DNA of 22,685 nt from a virus (Duplodnaviria > Heunggongvirae > Uroviricota > Caudoviricetes): the IMG/VR virus record IMGVR_UViG_2778260997_000018. One strand, written 5' to 3'. A model generated the notes under the pieces. It saw only the letters and a program-made list of their open reading frames with translations. It ran no database searches and was not told where the DNA came from. This document shows positions 16,806-22,685 of this stretch, piece after piece (positions within the stretch are counted from its first letter, which is position 1; each line of letters starts with the position of its first letter). The translations under genes were made by a program, and so were the position numbers.

Positions 16806-17298
16806 ACGCTGCCTTGTCGGGGCCGTGCTGGCTATTGCTGCCACGCTGCCGGGGTTTCAGCAACTTCACACCTCCGTGGAGGGGCTGAAACTGATTGCCG
16901 ATTACGAAGGCTGTCGTCTGCAGCCGTATCAGTGCAGCGCGGGTGTCTGGACCGACGGCATTGGTAATACGTCGGGCGTCATTCCCGGCAAAACTATTAC
17001 GGAACGACAGGCAGCAGAAGGGCTGATCTCCAACGTGCTACGTGTGGAGCGGGCGCTGGAAAGGTGTGTGAAGCAACAGCCGCCGCAGAAGGTGTATGAC
17101 GCTACGGTGTCGTTTGCCTTCAACGTGGGGACGGGCAATGCCTGCAGTTCCACGCTGGTGAAATTACTCAATCAGCGGCGCTGGGCGGATGCGTGCCGAC
17201 AGTTGCCGCGCTGGGTTTATGTGAAAGGTGTGTTTAATCAGGGGCTGGATAACCGCCGTGCGCGGGAGATGGCCTGGTGTTTACAGGGAGCAAACTGA
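16786..17298 (+). CDS. K: Endolysin (lysozyme, P2 gpK / P1 Lyz family) with an N-terminal SAR-like hydrophobic segment
   Basis: GCRLQPYQCSAGVWTDGIGNTSGV closely resembles the catalytic region of P1 Lyz / phage 21 R-type lysozymes. N-terminal Ala/Gly-rich hydrophobic stretch CLVGAVLAIAATLPGF. Confidence 0.85.
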   Translation: MNPSIVKRCLVGAVLAIAATLPGFQQLHTSVEGLKLIADYEGCRLQPYQCSAGVWTDGIGNTSGVIPGKTITERQAAEGLISNVLRVERALERCVKQQPPQKVYDATVSFAFNVGTGNACSSTLVKLLNQRRWADACRQLPRWVYVKGVFNQGLDNRRAREMAWCLQGAN

Positions 17299-17299
17299 A

Positions 17300-17677
17300 A
17301 TGAAAAAGAAATTAATCAGCGGACTGTTTCTGATGTTATGGATGGCGCTGTTAATCGCAGCAATGGTGTATCCGCAGGGGATCTTTCCGGTACTGGCAGC
17401 GTCCGGCGTTTGGGTAGCCTGTTTGCTGACATGGGCGGTAATTCCGGTAGCACTGGCTGCGTTAATTCAGAATGGCCCGCTCTGGCAGGAGTTAAGGGCA
17501 TCTTTGCTGAAGACAATTACCCGAAAAGAAAACGTATTTATCAGTTGGGTGATGCGATTGCTGATTGTTGTAAGTCTCGCATGGACGGGGTGGGCTATTA
17601 CCCTGGTCTTTTATCTACTGACCGTTATTGCCTTCTGGATCACCCGTAATCAGATGGCGCAACAGGTAGCCGCATGA
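17300..17677 (+). CDS. lysA: Lysis accessory membrane protein (P2 LysA-like, multi-TM)
   Basis: 125 aa with 3-4 hydrophobic helices; position after K as in P2. Start ATG 17300 (the ORF-track start is an upstream extension overlapping K). Confidence 0.6.
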   Translation: MKKKLISGLFLMLWMALLIAAMVYPQGIFPVLAASGVWVACLLTWAVIPVALAALIQNGPLWQELRASLLKTITRKENVFISWVMRLLIVVSLAWTGWAITLVFYLLTVIAFWITRNQMAQQVAA

Positions 17678-18102
17678 ACCGGTTGCTGCTGGTTGTGCTG
17701 GCGTTATTACTGGCGGCGCTGGGCTGGCAGACGTGGCGGCTGGCTGATGCCAGCCAGACCATCAGCACGCAGGCAAACGAGCTGCAGAGCAAAAGCCAGG
17801 CACTGGCAAAGAGCAACAGCCAGCTTATCAGCCTGTCCATTCTGACTGAAACCAATAACCGGGAGCAGGCGCGGCTCTATGCCGAAGCAGAACAGACCAG
17901 CGCACAGCTGAGACAACGACAACGCCGGATCGAGGAACTGAAACGTGAGAACGAGGATTTACGCCACTGGGCTGATACTCCTTTGCCTGCTGACATTATC
18001 CGGCTGCGGGAACGTCCGGCACTCACCGGAGGTGCAGCTTACCGTCAGTGGTTGTCCGCGAGTGACGCCGTGTCGGCTGGAGCAGGCAGCACCGCGCACT
18101 AA
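17674..18102 (+). CDS. lysB: i-spanin (Rz-like; P2 LysB family)
   Basis: N-terminal TM anchor (LLLVVLALLLAALGW) followed by a charged coiled-coil periplasmic domain; position and size match P2 LysB. Confidence 0.7.
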   Translation: MNRLLLVVLALLLAALGWQTWRLADASQTISTQANELQSKSQALAKSNSQLISLSILTETNNREQARLYAEAEQTSAQLRQRQRRIEELKRENEDLRHWADTPLPADIIRLRERPALTGGAAYRQWLSASDAVSAGAGSTAH

Positions 18103-18235
18103 CGGTGATCTGAATGCGTTGCTGGATGAAACGGAGGCCGCCTGGGCGGTCTGTGCAGACAAAGTGGACATGATTATTGCGTGTCAGGAGCGAAACAGTG
18201 AACAAACCACAATCCCTGCGCCACGCCCTCAATAA
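17945..18235 (+). CDS. lysC: o-spanin (Rz1-like lipoprotein; P2 LysC family), overlapping the lysB 3' end in another frame
   Basis: GTG start at 17945 with GAGGAA 7 nt upstream; lipoprotein signal with lipobox LTLSGC; Pro-rich C-terminus. Overlaps lysB out of frame, typical spanin arrangement. Confidence 0.65.
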   Translation: MRTRIYATGLILLCLLTLSGCGNVRHSPEVQLTVSGCPRVTPCRLEQAAPRTNGDLNALLDETEAAWAVCADKVDMIIACQERNSEQTTIPAPRPQ

Positions 18236-18629
18236 AGCGGTGCCTTATGTCCGCAATAACCCGGACAAACTGCATCTGTTTGTGGATAACGGTTCGCTGG
18301 TTGCCACGGGGGCCAGCTCCATGTCATGGGAGTACCGCTATACCCTGAACGTGGTGATAGAGGATTTCAGCGGCGACCAGAATCTGCTGATGGCCCCGGT
18401 TTTACTGTGGCTTCGGGATAACCAGCCCGATGCCATTAATAACCCGGCGTTACGGGAAAAGCTATTCACCTTTGATGTGGATATTTTGCGCAACGATGTA
18501 TGTGATATCAGCCTTAATCTGCAACTGACGGAACGTGTGCTGGTCAGCACTGACGGCAGTGTGTCGAGCGTTGAAGCTGTAGCAGAACCCGATGAACCTG
18601 AAGAAATGTGGACGGTGAAACGTGGCTGA
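18198..18629 (+). CDS. R: Tail completion protein (P2 gpR family)
   Basis: ...SLRHALNKAV...LHLFVDNGS...RYTLNVVIEDFSGD...LWLRDNQPD... matches P2 gpR. GTG start at 18198 with AGGAG 7 nt upstream; the ORF-track start 18177 is TTG. Confidence 0.8.
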   Translation: MNKPQSLRHALNKAVPYVRNNPDKLHLFVDNGSLVATGASSMSWEYRYTLNVVIEDFSGDQNLLMAPVLLWLRDNQPDAINNPALREKLFTFDVDILRNDVCDISLNLQLTERVLVSTDGSVSSVEAVAEPDEPEEMWTVKRG

Positions 18630-19068
18630 ACTGCAGAAGGTGGACGACTGGCTGAGTGCCTTGCTGGCGAATCTGGAACCAGCCACGAGAAGCCGCATGA
18701 TGCGCCAGCTGGCGCAGGAACTGCGCCGGACACAGCAGCAGAATATCAGGATGCAGCGCAATCCAGATGGCAGCAGTTATGAACCGCGCAGGGTAACAGC
18801 ACGCAGCAAGAAAGGGCGCATCAAACGTCAGATGTTTGCAAAGCTGCGCACCACAAAATATCTGAAAACTGCCGCCAGCGCCGACTCTGCCAGCGTGCAG
18901 TTTGAAGGCAAGGTACAGCGCATTGCCCGTGTTCATCACTACGGCTTACGTGATCGCGTCAGCCGCAAAGGACCGGAGGTCCGTTACGCAGAGCGCCGCC
19001 TGCTGGGTGTAAATGATGATGTTGAGGCAATGACCCGCGACATGATTCTGCAATGGCTGGCGGGGTGA
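18622..19068 (+). CDS. S: Tail completion protein (P2 gpS family)
   Basis: 148 aa in the position of P2 S; GTG start overlapping the R stop. Confidence 0.75.
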   Translation: MAELQKVDDWLSALLANLEPATRSRMMRQLAQELRRTQQQNIRMQRNPDGSSYEPRRVTARSKKGRIKRQMFAKLRTTKYLKTAASADSASVQFEGKVQRIARVHHYGLRDRVSRKGPEVRYAERRLLGVNDDVEAMTRDMILQWLAG

Positions 19069-19072
19069 TCTT

Positions 19073-19090
19073 TGTATCAGCACTGATACA
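19073..19090 (+). promoter_or_regulatory. Late-promoter activator site (perfect TGT-N12-ACA palindrome) upstream of the V operon
   Basis: TGTATCAGCACTGATACA: TGT (19073-19075) - 12 nt - ACA (19088-19090), perfectly palindromic (TGTATCAG / CTGATACA), in the S-V intergenic region where P2 has its V late promoter. Confidence 0.5.
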
Positions 19091-19136
19091 AGTTGCAGCA
19101 CTGCCGCCTTTCTTCCCCTGATGGCAACCTTTCCCT

Positions 19137-19715
19137 ATGAACGCACAATTAACCGAAATCATGCGCCTTATCACCAACCTGATCCGCACTGGGGTAGTCA
19201 CCGAAGTGGACAGGACAAACTGGCTTTGCCGGGTGAAAACGGGCGACCTTGAAACTAACTGGATTAACTGGCTGACGCTGCGCGCGGGTAATGCCCGCAC
19301 ATGGTGGAAACCATCAGAAGGTGAGCAGGTGGTGCTGCTGAGTCTGGGCGGCAATCTGGAGACTGCCTTTGCGCTGCCCGCTGTCTATTCGAATCAGTTC
19401 GCACCACCGTCGACGTCGGCGGACGCCTGCGTGACAGAACATCCTGACGGTGGCTGGTTTGAATATGAACCCGCCACCGGGCGCTGGTATGTCAGGGGCA
19501 TCAAATCAATGGTCATTGAGGCTGCTGACAACATCACCATGAAAACCAGTGAGTTTGTACTGGAGGCTGACCGCACGCGCATTAACAGCGAAGTGGTGAT
19601 CAATGGTGGCGTTACCCAGGGCGGCGGAGCGATGAGTTCTAACGGGATCGTGGTTGATGCGCATCAGCATACTGGCGTCCTGAAAGGCAGCGATACAACC
19701 GGAGGCCCGGTATGA
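19137..19715 (+). CDS. V: Baseplate spike/assembly protein (P2 gpV family)
   Basis: 192 aa; conserved gpV-like N-terminus (LIRTGVVTEVDRTNWLCRVKTGDLETNWINWL) and Gly-rich C-terminus. Confidence 0.85.
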   Translation: MNAQLTEIMRLITNLIRTGVVTEVDRTNWLCRVKTGDLETNWINWLTLRAGNARTWWKPSEGEQVVLLSLGGNLETAFALPAVYSNQFAPPSTSADACVTEHPDGGWFEYEPATGRWYVRGIKSMVIEAADNITMKTSEFVLEADRTRINSEVVINGGVTQGGGAMSSNGIVVDAHQHTGVLKGSDTTGGPV

Positions 19716-20071
19716 CGCTTTATAGCGGGATGAACAATACCAGCGGCAAAGTCATTACTGATATTGATCATCTGCGCCAGTCGGTGCGGGACATTCTGCT
19801 GACACCGCAGGGTAGCCGTATTGCCCGCCGGGAATATGGTTCCCTGCTGTCGGCACTGATAGATCAGCCACAAAATCCGGCATTACGCCTGCAGGTCATG
19901 TCGGCAGTGTATGTGGCGCTGAGTCGCTGGGAGCCACGGTTGACGCTGGATTCCATCACCATCAACAGCAATTTTGACGGTTCAATGGTGGTGGAGCTGA
20001 CCGGGCGGCGGAATAACGGTGTGCCTGTGTCCCTTTCCGTATCAACAGGAGCAGAGAATGGCAGTGATTGA
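19712..20071 (+). CDS. W: Baseplate wedge protein (P2 gpW / gp25-like)
   Basis: 119 aa; start overlaps the V stop with GGAGG upstream. Size and position as P2 W. Confidence 0.85.
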   Translation: MTLYSGMNNTSGKVITDIDHLRQSVRDILLTPQGSRIARREYGSLLSALIDQPQNPALRLQVMSAVYVALSRWEPRLTLDSITINSNFDGSMVVELTGRRNNGVPVSLSVSTGAENGSD

Positions 20072-20966
20072 CCTTTCGCAGTTGCCTGCACCGCAGATTG
20101 TGGATGTGCCGGACTTTGAGACGCTGCTTGCCGAACGCAAGGCAGAATTTGTGGCGCTTCATCCGAAAGATGAGCAGGAAGCAGTGATCCGCACGCTGGA
20201 ACTGGAATCTGAACCCGCCACTAAATTGTTGCAGGAGAACGCTTACCGTGAGTTGCTTCTGCGCCAGCGCATTAACGAAGCCGCGCAGGCGGTGATGGTG
20301 GCTTACGCGATGGGCGGCGATCTTGACCAGCTCGCTGCCAACTACAACGTGACACGCCTGACGGTGACGCCTGCTGATAATGATGCTGTGCCGCCCGTTG
20401 CAGCTGTGATGGAAAGCGATGAAGCGTTGCGCCTGCGTGTGCCTGCAGCCTTTGAAGGGCTTTCTGTTGCGGGGCCAACTGCAGCTTATGAATTTCATGC
20501 CCGAAGCGCCGACGGTCGGGTGGCGGATGCCAGTGCAACCAGCCCGGCACCTGCAGAGGTGGTGCTGACTGTCCTTAGCCGCGAAGGCGATGGAACTGCA
20601 GAAAAAGACCTGCTGGACGTGGTGGAAAAAGCTCTGAACAGTGAGAACGTCCGCCCGGTGGCTGACCGTCTTACGGTTCGCAGCGCAGAAATCATCCCGT
20701 ATCGCGTGGAAGCCACCATTTTTCTCTATCCGGGACCGGAAGCAGAGCCGGTAATGGCAGCGGCAAAAGCCAGTCTGCAGAAGTACATTGCCAGCCAGAC
20801 GAGGCTTGGTCGGGATATTCGCCGTAGCGCCATCTTTGCTGCTCTGCATGTTGAGGGTGTTCAACGTGTGGAACTGGCTTCTCCGCTGGCGGATGTGGTC
20901 CTGAACAAAACACAGGCGGCATCATGTACGCAGTGGAGCGTAACCAACGGAGGAACGGATGAATAG
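20058..20966 (+). CDS. J: Baseplate assembly protein (P2 gpJ family)
   Basis: 302 aa from ATG 20058 with AGGAG (20048-20052); the ORF-track start 20019 is an upstream extension. Position and size as P2 J. Confidence 0.85.
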   Translation: MAVIDLSQLPAPQIVDVPDFETLLAERKAEFVALHPKDEQEAVIRTLELESEPATKLLQENAYRELLLRQRINEAAQAVMVAYAMGGDLDQLAANYNVTRLTVTPADNDAVPPVAAVMESDEALRLRVPAAFEGLSVAGPTAAYEFHARSADGRVADASATSPAPAEVVLTVLSREGDGTAEKDLLDVVEKALNSENVRPVADRLTVRSAEIIPYRVEATIFLYPGPEAEPVMAAAKASLQKYIASQTRLGRDIRRSAIFAALHVEGVQRVELASPLADVVLNKTQAASCTQWSVTNGGTDE

Positions 20967-21564
20967 TCTGCTGCCACCGGGTTCAACTTCACTGGAGCGC
21001 CGACTGGCGCAAACCTGTAGCGGGATTTCTGATTTGCAGGTGCCGCTGCGTGACTTGTGGAATCCGGCTACCTGTCCGGTCAGCTTCCTGCCTTATCTCG
21101 CCTGGGCGTTCTCTGTGGATCGCTGGGACGAGGGCTGGACAGAAAGCGTCAAACGCCAGGTAGTGAAGGATGCTTTTTATATTCATCAGCATAAAGGAAC
21201 CACCAGTGCCGTGCGGCGGGTGGTGGAACCGTTCGGATTCCTGATCCGCATTATTGAGTGGTGGCAGACCGGAGAAACACCGGGCACGTTTCGCCTGGAT
21301 ATCGGCGTGCAGGACCAGGGCATCACTGAAGATACCTATCTGGAACTTGAGCGACTGATAAGCGATGCCAAACCATGTAGCCGCCACATGATCGGCATGT
21401 CCATCAATCTGCAGACCAGCGGCCCGCATTGGGTGGGAGCCGCCAGCTATCTTGGCGAAGAAATCACGATCTATCCGTATATCAACGAAACGATTATTTC
21501 CGGTGGCACCGCGCATGAAGGCGGGGCGGTCCATGTTATTGACACAATGAGAGTGAATCCATGA
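20959..21564 (+). CDS. I: Baseplate/tail protein (P2 gpI family)
   Basis: 201 aa; start overlaps the J 3' end with GGAGG upstream. Position as P2 I. Confidence 0.8.
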   Translation: MNSLLPPGSTSLERRLAQTCSGISDLQVPLRDLWNPATCPVSFLPYLAWAFSVDRWDEGWTESVKRQVVKDAFYIHQHKGTTSAVRRVVEPFGFLIRIIEWWQTGETPGTFRLDIGVQDQGITEDTYLELERLISDAKPCSRHMIGMSINLQTSGPHWVGAASYLGEEITIYPYINETIISGGTAHEGGAVHVIDTMRVNP

Positions 21565-22685
21565 GCACAAAATTTTATACCCTGCTGACGGATATTGGCG
21601 CGGCGAAACTTGCCAGCGCCGCCGCGCTCGGTGTGCCGCTAAAAATTACCCATATGGCGGTGGGCGATGGCGGTGGAGTATTGCCAACGCCGGACGCAAA
21701 GCAGACGGCACTGGTAAATGAGAAACGCCGGGCTGCGCTGAATATGCTTTATATCGACCCGCAGAACAGCAGCCAGATTATTGCCGAACAGGTGATCCCT
21801 GAAAACGAGGGCGGTTGGTGGATACGTGAAGTGGGCTTGTTTGATGAGTCCGGGGCATTGATTGCCGTGGGCAACTGCCCGGAAAGCTATAAGCCGCAAC
21901 TGGCTGAAGGTAGCGGGCGCACTCAGACCGTGCGCATGGTGCTGATTACCAGCAGCACGGACAATATCACCCTGAAAATCGACCCTGCTGTAGTGCTGGC
22001 AACCCGCAAGTATGTGGATGACAAGGCACTGGAGCTGAAGGTGTACGCGGATGATCAGATGGCAAAACATCTTGCCGCACCGGACCCGCATTCACAGTAC
22101 GCGCCAAAAGCCAGCCCGACATTTACCGGAACCCCCAAAGCGCCAACGCCAGCGGCGGGGAATAATACCACGCAGGTTGCGACCACTGCGTTTGTACAGG
22201 CGGCACTGACGGCCCTTATTAATGGTGCGCCAGCCACGCTGGACACGCTGAAAGAAATAGCCGCAGCCATTAACAATGATCCGAATTTCAGTACCACCAT
22301 TAACAATGCGCTGGCACTTAAAGCACCGTTGTCGAGTCCGGCACTCACCGGAACGCCAACAGCCCCCACGGCGGCGCAGTCGGTCAACAATACACAGATT
22401 GCCACTACGGCTTTTGTGAAATCGGCGATTGCAGGAATGGTGGGTTCTGCACCTGCTGCACTGGATACACTGAACGAACTGGCGGCGGCACTGGGGAATG
22501 ATCCGAACTTTGCCACGACAATGCTTAATGCGCTGGCAGGTAAACAACCGCTGGACAATACGCTTACCAATTTGAGTGGAAAGGATGTAGCTGGTCTTCT
22601 CACATACCTTGGTTTGGGAGAAGCGGCAACGAGGAACGTCGGAACGGATACCGGGCAAGTACCAGATATGAGTAGTTTTACAACG
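21561..22685 (+). CDS. H: Tail fibre protein (P2 gpH family), 3'-truncated by the window end
   Basis: ATG 21561 overlaps the I stop (ATGA); the frame stays open for 375 codons to the window edge, so it is absent from the ORF track. The N-terminus (MSTKFYTLLTDIGAAKLASAAALGVPLKITHMAVGDGGG) is the conserved gpH baseplate-attachment domain; internal phage-tail-fibre repeats follow. Confidence 0.8.
   Translation, partial: MSTKFYTLLTDIGAAKLASAAALGVPLKITHMAVGDGGGVLPTPDAKQTALVNEKRRAALNMLYIDPQNSSQIIAEQVIPENEGGWWIREVGLFDESGALIAVGNCPESYKPQLAEGSGRTQTVRMVLITSSTDNITLKIDPAVVLATRKYVDDKALELKVYADDQMAKHLAAPDPHSQYAPKASPTFTGTPKAPTPAAGNNTTQVATTAFVQAALTALINGAPATLDTLKEIAAAINNDPNFSTTINNALALKAPLSSPALTGTPTAPTAAQSVNNTQIATTAFVKSAIAGMVGSAPAALDTLNELAAALGNDPNFATTMLNALAGKQPLDNTLTNLSGKDVAGLLTYLGLGEAATRNVGTDTGQVPDMSSFTT
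22113..22550 (+). repeat. Two tandem ~72-codon in-frame repeats inside the tail fibre gene (phage tail fibre repeat)
   Basis: Protein repeat 1 (...TFTGTPKAPTPAAGNNTTQVATTAFVQAALTALINGAPATLDTLKEIAAAINNDPNFSTTINNALALKAPL) and repeat 2 (...ALTGTPTAPTAAQSVNNTQIATTAFVKSAIAGMVGSAPAALDTLNELAAALGNDPNFATTMLNALAGKQPL) align position by position. Confidence 0.6.

Noticed and set aside
19962-20864. 300-aa minus-strand ORF opposite baseplate gene J (also 20989-21570 opposite I, and 22055-22658 opposite H)
   Set aside because: Antisense shadows of conserved structural genes, with Cys/Arg-rich low-complexity translations typical of non-coding reverse frames.
1-22685. CRISPR arrays, tRNA/rRNA genes, insertion sequences
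   Set aside because: No spaced direct repeats, no cloverleaf-like tRNA candidates and no transposase-like ORFs or terminal inverted repeats were found; the attachment site lies beyond the left window edge.

Overview
This window is the left ~22.7 kb of an integrated 186/P2-type temperate prophage from an enterobacterial host. It runs from the integrase stop codon (pos 1-3) through the lysogeny and early region (int, cI, apl/cox-like, cII, small early ORFs, a TraR-like zinc finger, Dam methylase, replication protein A), then an SOS-controlled DinI/Tum-like module and an AT-rich cargo region that appears to straddle the cos site. After that come the packaging and head genes Q and P (minus strand) and O, N, M, L, then the tail and lysis genes X, holin, K, lysA, lysB, lysC, R, S, and the baseplate and tail-fibre genes V, W, J, I, H (H is cut by the window end). 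The best candidate for an undescribed system is a two-gene operon at 8956-10268 encoding a GHKL-type ATPase/kinase-like protein and a small STAS-like protein, sitting between the putative cos site and the portal gene. Other cargo are an HNH-nuclease protein at 7922-8641 and a secreted Cys-rich mini-protein inside the cI-int operon. No rRNA, tRNA or CRISPR array was seen. All homology statements come from reading the translations and from memory of the P2/186 families; no database search was run.
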